Virus record (IMG/VR): IMGVR_UViG_3300020198_000002
Coordinates: 52,602 to 116,601 of that record
Source of the DNA: a virus
DNA: 64,000 nucleotides
Direction: 5' to 3' (one strand)
Shown: positions 38,208 to 47,415 of the stretch, piece after piece
Layout: each line of letters starts with the position of its first letter
How positions within the stretch are numbered: position 1 is the stretch's first letter
Made by a program: the position numbers and the translations under genes
The notes under the pieces: model-generated
The model's database searches: none
Told to the model about the DNA's origin: nothing
The model's input: the letters and a program-made list of their open reading frames with translations, nothing else

Positions 38208-38635
38208 CTGCATTTGCAGAACCCGAAATTAAATGGTCTCCCGACCAGATGGTTGAGGTGACTCTTAATGAACCCGATGATTTCCTGAAAGTTCGTGAAA
38301 CTTTGACTCGCATTGGAGTCGCTTCTAGAAAAGAAAAGAAAATATATCAGTCATGTCACATCTTACATAAACAAGGTAGATACTACATTGTTCACTTTAA
38401 GGAACTGTTTGCTCTGGATGGTAAACACGCCAACTTGACCGTGAATGATGTTCAACGTAGAAATAGGATTATAAATCTACTTTCTGACTGGGGACTAGTC
38501 TCTGTAGTAGATGATACTTCTACTAGTGACGTGGCTCCTCTCAATCAAATAAAAGTTCTTTCCTATAAGGATAAGGGTGATTGGACCTTAGAAAGTAAGT
38601 ATAATATTGGTAAGAAAAAGAAAGTAGAAAATTGA
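38204..38635 (+). CDS. regA: Translational repressor RegA
   Basis: PDDFLKVRETLTRIGVA, QSCHILHKQGRYYIVHFKELF. Confidence 0.97.
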   Translation: MTAFAEPEIKWSPDQMVEVTLNEPDDFLKVRETLTRIGVASRKEKKIYQSCHILHKQGRYYIVHFKELFALDGKHANLTVNDVQRRNRIINLLSDWGLVSVVDDTSTSDVAPLNQIKVLSYKDKGDWTLESKYNIGKKKKVEN

Positions 38636-38644
38636 GGATGTTGA

Positions 38645-39214
38645 ATGATTTTGGTGCCTCCCTGCTCTCCCCCAGAGGGAGCAACGTGCCCTTTTGTATA
38701 TGCAGATGGGGTCTTTACGGAACAGGAACTTGATAAAATAGATTGCATAGTTGGTGGACTGGAGTTAACTGATGCTGGAACTCAGATATACAATGAAAAT
38801 TATAGAAATTCTTTAGTATCTTTCTTTGATTCTAATGATGAAACTAACTGGATTTTTAACAAACTTGTCCATGTAGTCCATCAATTAAACTCAAAATATT
38901 ACAGATTCAATCTATCCGTGATGGATAGTATTCAATATGCTTTTTATGATTCTGAGTTTGGTGGAAAATATGATTGGCACCATGATTACAATGAGGGACT
39001 TTTTCCATCTAGAAAATTGACAGTAGTCGTTCAGTTATCCGAACCAGAAGAATATGATGGTGGGATTTTGGAAATATTCCCAGATTCTCAGGTAGAAAAG
39101 AAACGAGGATTGGTTTGTATGTTTCCCTCATATGCATATCATAGAGTTACTCCTATTGTTTCTGGTAAAAGAAAAGTTCTAGTCGCTTGGATATGGGGCC
39201 CGCCATTCAGTTAA
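38645..39214 (+). CDS. 2OG-Fe(II) oxygenase (PKHD/prolyl hydroxylase-like)
   Basis: YDWHHD, RKLTVVVQLS.P.EYDGG, FPSYAYHRVTP..SGKR. Confidence 0.9.
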   Translation: MILVPPCSPPEGATCPFVYADGVFTEQELDKIDCIVGGLELTDAGTQIYNENYRNSLVSFFDSNDETNWIFNKLVHVVHQLNSKYYRFNLSVMDSIQYAFYDSEFGGKYDWHHDYNEGLFPSRKLTVVVQLSEPEEYDGGILEIFPDSQVEKKRGLVCMFPSYAYHRVTPIVSGKRKVLVAWIWGPPFS

Positions 39215-39228
39215 CCGAATAAAAATAT

Positions 39229-39252
39229 ACGGGATTTATCACCCGTTTTTTT
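39229..39252 (+). terminator. Terminator-like hairpin before the hsp20 promoter
   Basis: ACGGG-ATTTATCA-CCCGT then T-tract. Confidence 0.6.
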
Positions 39253-39263
39253 GTACGATGTCT

Positions 39264-39329
39264 TATAATTACTATTGAACGCCTTCGGGGTTCACAAAAC
39301 ATAAACTCGCTTTTAAAGGAGCTACTATA
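39264..39329 (+). promoter_or_regulatory. hsp20 -10 box and structured 5' UTR (ROSE-like thermometer candidate)
   Basis: TATAAT 39264; cUUCGg hairpin 39276-39294; CTCGCTT (39306-39312) pairs with AAGGAG RBS (39316-39321) leaving G39309 bulged. Confidence 0.6.
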
Positions 39330-39764
39330 ATGACTAACCTTACAAGGTATGCTGCTGCGGATCTTCCTGCACTGATGGACAGAATCACTCGCAATAGTAT
39401 TGGTATGGATGAATACTTTGATCGAATTTTTAATCTTCATGAAACTACATCAAATTATCCTCCCTATAATCTTATTCAAGTAAATAATGTTGAGTCGTAT
39501 TTGGAAATTGCGCTCGCGGGGTTTAGAAGGGAAGAAGTCAATGTATTCACAGAGTATGGAAAACTTTTTGTTGAGGGACAAAAAAAAGAAGTCGATGAGG
39601 ATAGGACGTTTGTCCACAAGGGAGTGGCTAGCAGAAGTTTTAAACGAGCGTGGACTCTATCCGATGACACCGAAGTTGGGGAGGTCACATTTGAGGACGG
39701 ACTTCTACGGATCGTACTTAGGAAAATAGTTCCAGAACATCATGCTCGCAAAGATTATCTCTAA
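39330..39764 (+). CDS. hsp20: Small heat shock protein Hsp20
   Basis: NYPPYNL, LEIALAGF, HKGVASRSFKRAWTL, FEDGLL. Confidence 0.95.
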   Translation: MTNLTRYAAADLPALMDRITRNSIGMDEYFDRIFNLHETTSNYPPYNLIQVNNVESYLEIALAGFRREEVNVFTEYGKLFVEGQKKEVDEDRTFVHKGVASRSFKRAWTLSDDTEVGEVTFEDGLLRIVLRKIVPEHHARKDYL

Positions 39765-39787
39765 ATATATTTGAATATCGTCGGCGC

Positions 39788-39830
39788 GAGGAGGACCTGG
39801 CAAAATCCAGGTTGACTCCTCCTTTTTTTT
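39788..39830 (+). terminator. Long terminator hairpin after hsp20 with embedded -35
   Basis: GAGGAG-GACCTGG-CAAAAT-CCAGGTT-GA-CTCCTC then T8. Confidence 0.75.
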
Positions 39831-39840
39831 GTGGTAGAGT
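39812..39840 (+). promoter_or_regulatory. Sigma70-type promoter for the gp43 operon
   Basis: TTGACT-N17-TAGAGT with TG extension, 20 nt before ATG 39861. Confidence 0.6.
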
Positions 39841-39860
39841 GGAGTGTATTCGGTAATAGT

Positions 39861-40178
39861 ATGACGATAAAATTACTTTTGCTTAAGTCTGGAGAAGAAG
39901 TAATTGCTAATGTGCAAGAACTTGTAGATGAAGATGAGAAACCATTGTTCATCGTGCTCACAGATCCGTTTATGGTAAAACTTGTAGAGAATCCAGAACT
40001 ATTGGTAGAGGGAGTATCTTCCGATCAGAAGAATAGGTATAGTGTAAAGTTTTATCAGTGGATGCCTTTGTCTGCAGAAAATAGAATTGCAGTGGATCCA
40101 ACCTGGATTGTAACCGCAGTTGAACCATTAGAACTAGTAAAAAAATCCTATATGGAGAAAACCAATGGATGTGAATGA
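39861..40178 (+). CDS. Conserved hypothetical protein (possible Sm-like fold)
   Basis: IKLLLLKSGEEVIA.V.E, WMPLS, WIVT.VEP. Confidence 0.8.
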   Translation: MTIKLLLLKSGEEVIANVQELVDEDEKPLFIVLTDPFMVKLVENPELLVEGVSSDQKNRYSVKFYQWMPLSAENRIAVDPTWIVTAVEPLELVKKSYMEKTNGCE

Positions 40179-40476
40179 CGTAAATATTCAAATCATATTA
40201 TTGTCCAATGACGAAGTATTAATTACTCAAATAGAGGAAATTGTTGCTGATCTTGGTGAACCAAATTGTAGATTAATTTCTCCCTATAAGATCGTTTGTA
40301 GTCCAAGTGATAGATCTTATGATACAGTTAGTACATTTGATGCCGATAAACTAGTTCCTTGGCTAAGTAATTTCACCGACGATTCGGAAATTCTTATTTC
40401 TTCGGATAAGATACTCACAATAGTTGAACCACATAAACATATTATTGATCTTTACTTGAAATTGGCCACAACATGA
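40165..40476 (+). CDS. Conserved hypothetical protein upstream of gp43
   Basis: LGEPNCRL..PY, PWL, SSDKILTIVEP. Confidence 0.8.
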   Translation: MDVNDVNIQIILLSNDEVLITQIEEIVADLGEPNCRLISPYKIVCSPSDRSYDTVSTFDADKLVPWLSNFTDDSEILISSDKILTIVEPHKHIIDLYLKLATT

Positions 40477-42974
40477 GATTTTACACTAACGTTTTTCAAT
40501 TTGGAAATAATATTTTAGTTCGTGGTTATGAAGATGGAAAACATTTTAGTGATAAAGTAGAATTTTGCCCAACGTTCTTTGTTCCCACTAAGAAAAAATC
40601 TAAGTGGAAAACTTTAGAGGGCATTGCGGTTGAATCTGTCAATCCAGGTACTATCAAAGATTGTAAGGATTTTATTGAAAAGTATTCTGGTATTAGTGGA
40701 TTTGATGTGTATGGAAATGAAAGGTATGTGCATCAATATATTTCCGAAAAATATCCAGAAGACGAAATAAAATTTGATATTAATAAAATTAAACTTGTAA
40801 CGATTGACATTGAGGTTGCTGCTGAAAGCGGATTCCCCGATGTTTTTAACTGTGCTGAGGAAATCCTTCTCATAACAATTCGTGATTATTCTACCAAGAA
40901 AATTATTACTTTTGGTTCTAGACCTTACGAAAATAATAGTAGAGAAAATTATAATTATATCCTTTGTGACTCTGAATATGACTTAATCCATTCGTTTTTG
41001 AATTGGTGGGAAGAAAATTCTCCAGAAGTTATCACTGGATGGAACTGTGAACTATATGATATTCCCTATCTTATTGGTAGGGTAGATCGTATTATGGGAG
41101 AGAAGATTGCAAAAAAATTTTCTCCATGGGGTATAGTAAGAAAGAACGAACTAGTAATCTCTGGTCGTAAACAAATTTCATATGAAATTGCTGGTATTTC
41201 TATCATCGATTATTTGGATTTGTATAAAAAATCTCCTGCAACTCCTAACCAAGAAAGCTATCGACTGGATCATATTGCTTTTGTGGAGCTTGGATCTCGC
41301 AAGTTAGACCACAGTGAATTTGATACATTCAAGGAGTTCTATTCAAAAGACTGGAATAAATTTGTAGATTACAACATTATTGACGTAGAACTTGTAGATA
41401 AATTAGAGGACAAATTGAAACTGATTGATCTATGTTTTACTAGGGCATATGACGCAAAAGTTTCTTTTACTGATATTGCCTACCAGGTTCGTACATGGGA
41501 TGCAATTATCTACAATTATTTGAAGAAAAAGAATATTGTAATTCCTCAAAAAGAAAGGAACTCCAAGGATGAAAAATATGCTGGTGCCTATGTGAAAGAA
41601 CCAATTCCAGGGAAGTATGATTGGGTTGTCTCTTTTGATCTTAACTCTCTATATCCACACCTCATTATGCAATACAATATTTCTCCAGAAACTTTAATGG
41701 AAGAAAGACACTCATCTGCAACCGTAGATAAGGTTTTGAATCAAGAACTTACTTTTGAATTGTATAAAGATTATGCGGTTTGCGCTAATGGTGCAATGTA
41801 CCGTAAGGATGTTCGCGGATTTCTTCCAGAACTCATGGAAAAAATGTATAATGAAAGAGTCATCTTTAAGAAGAAGATGATCGATGCTAAAAAAGAGTAT
41901 GAAAAAACTAAAGATAAAAATCTCATAAAAGAAATTGCAAGATGTAATAATATTCAGATGGCGAAAAAAATTGCACTTAACTCCGCTTATGGTGCTATCG
42001 GCAATCAGTATTTTCGTTATTATAAACTAGCAAACGCAGAGGCAATTACTCTATCTGGTCAGGTTTCCATTCGCTGGATTGAGAACAAGATGAATGCCTA
42101 TCTCAACAAACTTCTAAAAACTAGTGAGGTTGACTATGTTATCGCTTCTGATACCGATTCCATTTATCTTAATATGGGTCCTCTGGTCGAAACTGTATAC
42201 AAAGGAAGAGAGAAAACTACTCAAGGCGTTGTTTCGTTCCTTGATAAAATCTGTCAAATGGAACTTGAAAAATATATTGAAAGTTGTTACCAAGAATTGG
42301 CCGACTATGTGAACGCATACGATCAGAAGATGCAGATGAAACGTGAGAACATTGCCGAACGTGGAATCTGGACCGCAAAGAAAAGATACATTTTAAATGT
42401 TTGGGATAGTGAAGGTGTTCGTTATTCTGAACCAAAACTTAAAATCATGGGTATTGAAGCAATTAAAACTTCAACCCCTGCTCCTGTAAGGAACATGATT
42501 AAGGATGGTCTTAAACTTATGATGAGTGGCACCGAAGACACCATGATCGAATTCATCAAATCTTGTCGTAAAGAATTTAAAGAACTTCCACCTGAACAAA
42601 TTGCTTTCCCCAGAAGTGTGACCGAAATAAACAAATGGAAGTCTTCTTCTTCAATGTATGAAAAGGGATGTCCCATCCATGTAAGAGGAGTTATTTTGTA
42701 TAACTTTCATACTAAGAAAAATAATCTTGATAAAAAGTATGCACCTATTCAAAGTGGAGAGAAGATTAAGTTCGTCTATTTGACGATACCAAATCCAATT
42801 CAAGAAAATGTTTTATCTTTCATTCAAGATTTTCCTGCAGAACTAAATCTAACAAAATATGTTGATTATGATTTGCAGTTTAATAAGTCTTTTATTGAAC
42901 CGATTAAAATTATTTTGGATTGTATTGGGTGGAGTATTGAGAAAACTAATACTTTGGAAAGTTTCTTCGTATGA
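40473..42974 (+). CDS. gp43: Family B DNA polymerase gp43
   Basis: DIEV exonuclease, SFDLNSLYP, KIALNSAYG, ASDTDS, KKRY; no intein. Confidence 0.99.
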   Translation: MRFYTNVFQFGNNILVRGYEDGKHFSDKVEFCPTFFVPTKKKSKWKTLEGIAVESVNPGTIKDCKDFIEKYSGISGFDVYGNERYVHQYISEKYPEDEIKFDINKIKLVTIDIEVAAESGFPDVFNCAEEILLITIRDYSTKKIITFGSRPYENNSRENYNYILCDSEYDLIHSFLNWWEENSPEVITGWNCELYDIPYLIGRVDRIMGEKIAKKFSPWGIVRKNELVISGRKQISYEIAGISIIDYLDLYKKSPATPNQESYRLDHIAFVELGSRKLDHSEFDTFKEFYSKDWNKFVDYNIIDVELVDKLEDKLKLIDLCFTRAYDAKVSFTDIAYQVRTWDAIIYNYLKKKNIVIPQKERNSKDEKYAGAYVKEPIPGKYDWVVSFDLNSLYPHLIMQYNISPETLMEERHSSATVDKVLNQELTFELYKDYAVCANGAMYRKDVRGFLPELMEKMYNERVIFKKKMIDAKKEYEKTKDKNLIKEIARCNNIQMAKKIALNSAYGAIGNQYFRYYKLANAEAITLSGQVSIRWIENKMNAYLNKLLKTSEVDYVIASDTDSIYLNMGPLVETVYKGREKTTQGVVSFLDKICQMELEKYIESCYQELADYVNAYDQKMQMKRENIAERGIWTAKKRYILNVWDSEGVRYSEPKLKIMGIEAIKTSTPAPVRNMIKDGLKLMMSGTEDTMIEFIKSCRKEFKELPPEQIAFPRSVTEINKWKSSSSMYEKGCPIHVRGVILYNFHTKKNNLDKKYAPIQSGEKIKFVYLTIPNPIQENVLSFIQDFPAELNLTKYVDYDLQFNKSFIEPIKIILDCIGWSIEKTNTLESFFV

Positions 42975-43582
42975 TTAGTATGTTTGCCAGGCACCCATTT
43001 GGTCCTGTCGTATTGGAAGCTGAATGCCCTGAATCTATAATTGATGGTCTCAACGATCTTATCGATAATATGTCAGAAGATAAATTGAAAATTTGTTCTT
43101 CTAGACATAATGATTCGAGTATCCCTAATTTACTTAATAGGGGATTTGAAATTGTTTATCTACTTAAAGATGATGTTGAGGAGTTATCATATGATGATTA
43201 TCTTTTGGCAATATCGGCCGAATATCTTAGATATTTGAATAGACCTGTTGATGGACTTTACTTGCCCGATCCAATTTTTTCTGATAAATTCTACGACGTT
43301 TGGATTAATAGATACTTCAAGGGCGATATTACTCCCCCACATGGACATGCTCATTATCTTTCTGGAGTAACAATTTTAAAATTACCTACTGATGTTTCTC
43401 CCGAAATGCCAATTGACCAAGATCCTTCTAGGTCTTTGGAGTTTATGTACAATGATGAAGTTTATCTACCAGAACAAAAAGTAGGAATGACTTATATTTT
43501 TCCGAGTTATCTTCGTCATTGGGTGCATTTTCATGTTTGTGAAACCGAAAGAAGGACTGTAAGTTTTAATATAGCAATATGA
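42971..43582 (+). CDS. Putative 2OG-Fe(II) oxygenase
   Basis: WINRY..GD..PPHGH...LSGV, IFPSYLRHWV, RRTVSFN. Confidence 0.8.
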   Translation: MISMFARHPFGPVVLEAECPESIIDGLNDLIDNMSEDKLKICSSRHNDSSIPNLLNRGFEIVYLLKDDVEELSYDDYLLAISAEYLRYLNRPVDGLYLPDPIFSDKFYDVWINRYFKGDITPPHGHAHYLSGVTILKLPTDVSPEMPIDQDPSRSLEFMYNDEVYLPEQKVGMTYIFPSYLRHWVHFHVCETERRTVSFNIAI

Positions 43583-43740
43583 AAAATTACGTAGTTTCTT
43601 GGAGTGAAGATGGATTTTGGATTGAATCCAATACTAGGGTTTTCGATAGTTACGATACTGCTTCTTGGTTTGCAAAAATGATGAAAAACGAGTATAATCA
43701 TGTCAGAGTGTATGAGTCTAATGATGGATCTTCCTATTGA
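43579..43740 (+). CDS. Small hypothetical protein (53 aa)
   Basis: Read by hand: MKNYVVSWSEDGFW...; ATGA overlap with upstream stop. Confidence 0.6.
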   Translation: MKNYVVSWSEDGFWIESNTRVFDSYDTASWFAKMMKNEYNHVRVYESNDGSSY

Positions 43741-43888
43741 TGATCGAGAGTTGAGTACAATCGTTTCCGCTTTGTCTTTTGGCGGTGATGCTGCATTGTA
43801 TAAAAAACTAAAATTGGTAAGAGAATTAAAGGAACAAGGATTGCCTTATAAAAAAATATTACGTGAACAATACGGGATGGTGTCTTGA
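43724..43888 (+). CDS. Small conserved hypothetical protein
   Basis: MDLPIDDRELSTIVSAL..GGDAALY.KL; stop overlaps the uvsX ATG. Confidence 0.7.
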   Translation: MDLPIDDRELSTIVSALSFGGDAALYKKLKLVRELKEQGLPYKKILREQYGMVS

Positions 43889-44889
43889 TGGATTTTCTAA
43901 AGGATATTGTAAAGGAGATTGGCGATGAGTACACCTCATTGGCATCAGATATTTCAGAGACTGAAACATTCGTGGACACTGGTTCATACATCTTTAATGC
44001 TCTTGTCTCGGGTTCTATTTTTGGTGGGATTTCTGATCGAAGGATCACTGCTATCGCTGGCGAATCTAGTACGGGTAAAACCTTCTTTAGTTTATCGGTT
44101 GTTAATTACTATCTTCATAATAATCCAAACGGGTACGTTCTGTATTTTGACACTGAAGCCGCAATTAATCGTAAGATGTTAGAGGAACGTGGAATTCCTC
44201 TTGATAGAATTGTCGTAATTAATGTTGTGACAATTGAAGAGTTTCGCCAGAAAGCACTTAAAGCTGTAGATATATACTTAAAGAAACCAGCAGAAGAACG
44301 CAAACCTTGTATGTTTGTGTTAGATTCTCTGGGTATGCTTTCGACTGAGAAAGAGATAACTGATGCACTGAATGACAAACAAGTTCGTGATATGACCAAA
44401 TCTCAACTGGTCAAAGGTGCTTTCCGTATGCTTACTCTCAAGTTAGGCAAAGCAAAAATTCCCATGATAGTAACAAACCATACCTACGATGTTATCGGAG
44501 CTTACGTACCAACTAAGGAAATGGGTGGAGGCAGCGGACTTAAATACGCAGCGTCTACAATCATTTATCTCAGCAAAAAGAAAGAAAAGGATGGAACGGA
44601 AGTGGTCGGCAATATTATCAAAGCTAAGACTGCTAAGTCGCGTCTGAGTAAGGAGAATAAAGATGTTGAAATCCGTTTGTACTATGATGATCGCGGTCTT
44701 GATCGTTACTACGGTCTTTTGGAACTTGGTGAGATTGGTGGACTCTGGAAAAATGTAGCCGGACGTTATGAGATAGATGGTAAGAAGATTTATGCAAAAC
44801 AAATCCTTGCAAATCCCCAAGAGTATTTTAACACCGAAGTTATGGAAAAACTTGATGAAATTGCAAAAGAACAGTTTACATACGGTTGA
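43888..44889 (+). CDS. uvsX: RecA-like recombinase UvsX
   Basis: DTGSYIFNAL.SGS, AGESSTGKT, LDSLGML, MGGGSGLKYAAS. Confidence 0.97.
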   Translation: MDFLKDIVKEIGDEYTSLASDISETETFVDTGSYIFNALVSGSIFGGISDRRITAIAGESSTGKTFFSLSVVNYYLHNNPNGYVLYFDTEAAINRKMLEERGIPLDRIVVINVVTIEEFRQKALKAVDIYLKKPAEERKPCMFVLDSLGMLSTEKEITDALNDKQVRDMTKSQLVKGAFRMLTLKLGKAKIPMIVTNHTYDVIGAYVPTKEMGGGSGLKYAASTIIYLSKKKEKDGTEVVGNIIKAKTAKSRLSKENKDVEIRLYYDDRGLDRYYGLLELGEIGGLWKNVAGRYEIDGKKIYAKQILANPQEYFNTEVMEKLDEIAKEQFTYG

Positions 44890-45427
44890 TTTTATTAAAA
44901 TTTATTCGGATGTCTTAGATTATCAAACTTGTCAAACGATAATCGATGTGTTCGAATCTTCAAATGATAAAGAACGTATTGAGAATGATGGTAGGCCAAA
45001 CTTCACTCAAGTCAATTTGAATAATATTTCTGAGATAGATAAGTTTGTCCAACTGTTATCATATCGTTTTTGCGATGTAATGCGGAATTACAAGGAGGAA
45101 TATTGCAATTTTACCGATTGGTGGCCTAATAAATTGTTTTTTGAGCAACTGAGAGTAAAAAAATACGAACCCGACTCGGAAGATTTTTTCAATCTTCACG
45201 TTGATGTTGATGATCATGATACTGCAAAAAGATATCTCGCTTTTCTTTGTTATTTGAATGATGGATTCGGTGGTGGAGAAACTAAATTTCCATATCATAA
45301 TCTTTCTATTAACCCAGAACTTGGTAAGGTATTAGTATTTCCCCCAACATGGCAGTATCCCCATATGGGATTTCCAGTTACAGGTAAACCAAAGTATATT
45401 TTAAGTACATATCTACATTATTATTGA
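44855..45427 (+). CDS. 2OG-Fe(II) oxygenase (prolyl 4-hydroxylase-like); start uncertain
   Basis: F.LHVD, RYLAFLCYLND...GGET.F, VFPPTWQYPH.G, KYILSTYLHY. Confidence 0.85.
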   Translation: MKLQKNSLHTVDFIKIYSDVLDYQTCQTIIDVFESSNDKERIENDGRPNFTQVNLNNISEIDKFVQLLSYRFCDVMRNYKEEYCNFTDWWPNKLFFEQLRVKKYEPDSEDFFNLHVDVDDHDTAKRYLAFLCYLNDGFGGGETKFPYHNLSINPELGKVLVFPPTWQYPHMGFPVTGKPKYILSTYLHYY

Positions 45428-46809
45428 TGGAAACAGTTGAAAGTACGATTATTAATAGCCTTATTTTCAATGAGGACTATACTAGAAAGGTTTTGCCTTT
45501 TATCAAACCAGAATACTTTCAAAACACACATGAAAGAATTCTGTTTGAGGAATGCTGTAAGTTTGTAGTTACTTACAATAAGTTAATTACGAAAGAAATT
45601 CTTCACATTGAATGTGAAAAACGTAAAGACGTTAATCAAGATACATATAAAAATATTATAGATTATCTAAATGTTATTTCAGAAACTAATATAGAACAAC
45701 AGTGGTTACTTAATACCACGGAAAAGTGGTGTAGGGACAGAGCAATCTACCTCGCTTTGGTTGAAAGTATTTCTATTGCTGATGGGAATGATGATAAAAA
45801 AAATGTCGATTCAATTCCTTCTATTCTTTCTGATGCTCTTGCCGTAAGTTTTGATAATCACGTTGGACATGACTACCTTGGAGACTATGAAGAACGATAT
45901 GATTTCTACCACAGGAAAGAGGACAAGATTCCCTTTGATCTTGAGTTTTTTAACAAGATTACGAAAGGTGGTCTTCCTAACAAGACTCTTAACATCGCTC
46001 TTGCTGGGACAGGTGTTGGTAAGTCTCTTTTCATGTGTCATATGGCTAGCTCCTGTTTGTTTGACGGACGTAATGTATTATACATTACACTGGAAATGGC
46101 AGAGGAGAAAATTGCTGAACGTATTGATGCAAACCTTTTGAACGTTCCCATCCAACAATTGATGGATCTCCCAAAGTCTATGTTTGAAAACAAAGTAACT
46201 AGTCTTTCCAAAAAAACTCAAGGCACTCTTATAATTAAAGAATATCCAACTGCATCAGCACATAGTGGACATTTTAAATCACTTCTTAATGAACTTGCAC
46301 TTAAGAAGTCATTTAGTCCTGATATTATTTTCATTGATTACCTTAATATTTGTGCTTCCTCTAGGTATCGGGGAAACCTTTCTGTTAATTCTTATTCTTA
46401 TATCAAGGCAATTGCCGAAGAACTTAGGGGTCTTGCGGTGGAATTCAACGTCCCAATTGTGTCTGCCACTCAAACTACTCGCTCAGGTTATAGTAGTTCT
46501 GATGTTGAACTTACTGATACTTCTGAATCCTTTGGTTTGCCTGCTACTGCCGATCTTATGTTTGCTCTTATTAGCACAGAGGAGTTGGAAAATCTCGGAC
46601 AGATTATGGTAAAACAATTAAAGAACAGATATAATGATCCTACAGTAAACAAAAGATTTGTTGTTGGTATTGATAGGGCTAAAATGAAATTATATGATTG
46701 TGAACAATCTGCTCAGAATGATATACTTGACTCTGGGCAAAATGACACTTACAATGAATCTGAGTACAATACTGCGCCAAAAAGTAAGTTTTCAAAGTTA
46801 AATTTTTAA
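45427..46809 (+). CDS. gp41: Replicative helicase gp41
   Basis: LAGTGVGKS, TLEMAEE, IDYLNI, SATQTTRSG, SESFGLPATAD, QLKNRY. Confidence 0.98.
   Translation: METVESTIINSLIFNEDYTRKVLPFIKPEYFQNTHERILFEECCKFVVTYNKLITKEILHIECEKRKDVNQDTYKNIIDYLNVISETNIEQQWLLNTTEKWCRDRAIYLALVESISIADGNDDKKNVDSIPSILSDALAVSFDNHVGHDYLGDYEERYDFYHRKEDKIPFDLEFFNKITKGGLPNKTLNIALAGTGVGKSLFMCHMASSCLFDGRNVLYITLEMAEEKIAERIDANLLNVPIQQLMDLPKSMFENKVTSLSKKTQGTLIIKEYPTASAHSGHFKSLLNELALKKSFSPDIIFIDYLNICASSRYRGNLSVNSYSYIKAIAEELRGLAVEFNVPIVSATQTTRSGYSSSDVELTDTSESFGLPATADLMFALISTEELENLGQIMVKQLKNRYNDPTVNKRFVVGIDRAKMKLYDCEQSAQNDILDSGQNDTYNESEYNTAPKSKFSKLNF
46727..46755 (+). promoter_or_regulatory. Sigma70-type promoter inside the gp41 3' end
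   Basis: TTGACT-N17-TACAAT. Confidence 0.55.
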
Positions 46810-47393
46810 TGGAACCTTCATTTATAGAAGAGTATCGAGTTTCTGATTTCGTATCGAAAGGACTAATGACGATTGCTCAAAAGGCAAAAGATCATAGACT
46901 TCTTAGACCAGGTAGAGTTGGTAATTCTGGAAAAATAGTTTCGAAAATCAAGTCATGTCTGGAATGTAATATTAGCGATATCCCTCCTGTACTTTTTGAC
47001 TCTGAGGATGATTCAGTCTTGGAAAAATATATACAGCATGTCTTCGATTGCATTAGAAGATACGCTGAGTTGTATATGGATCGTGCAGATCTTTGTCCAA
47101 CTGGACCACCAAAAATTCAATGGTATGGTCCAGGTGAAGCATACTTTGCGGAACACTTTGATAATGGATACGAATATAATGACAGAGAAGTCGCATTCAT
47201 TACCTATCTAAATACTCCAGTTGATGGTGGAGGAACTAGATTCATTCATCAGAAAACTACGATTAAACCAGAAAAAGGAAAGACCATTTTATTTCCGGCT
47301 GGATATACTCACAAACATTGTGGAGTTGTCTCCGAAACATCTGATAAAATAATTTTGACAGGGTGGTTTAAATTTTTAAAAAATGTGTTATAA
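46809..47393 (+). CDS. 2OG-Fe(II) oxygenase
   Basis: IQWY.PGE.Y..EHFD, FITYLN...GGGT.F, FPAGYTHKHCG, KIILTGW. Confidence 0.88.
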   Translation: MEPSFIEEYRVSDFVSKGLMTIAQKAKDHRLLRPGRVGNSGKIVSKIKSCLECNISDIPPVLFDSEDDSVLEKYIQHVFDCIRRYAELYMDRADLCPTGPPKIQWYGPGEAYFAEHFDNGYEYNDREVAFITYLNTPVDGGGTRFIHQKTTIKPEKGKTILFPAGYTHKHCGVVSETSDKIILTGWFKFLKNVL

Positions 47394-47394
47394 T
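47386..47394 (+). promoter_or_regulatory. Extended -10 promoter for mazG
   Basis: TGTTATAAT then AAGGA RBS. Confidence 0.55.
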
Positions 47395-47415
47395 TAACCT
47401 AAAGGATTTTTAATT

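Noticed and set aside
38658-38683. GC-rich hairpin after regA
   Set aside because: Inside the oxygenase start region, imperfect stem, no adjacent U-tract
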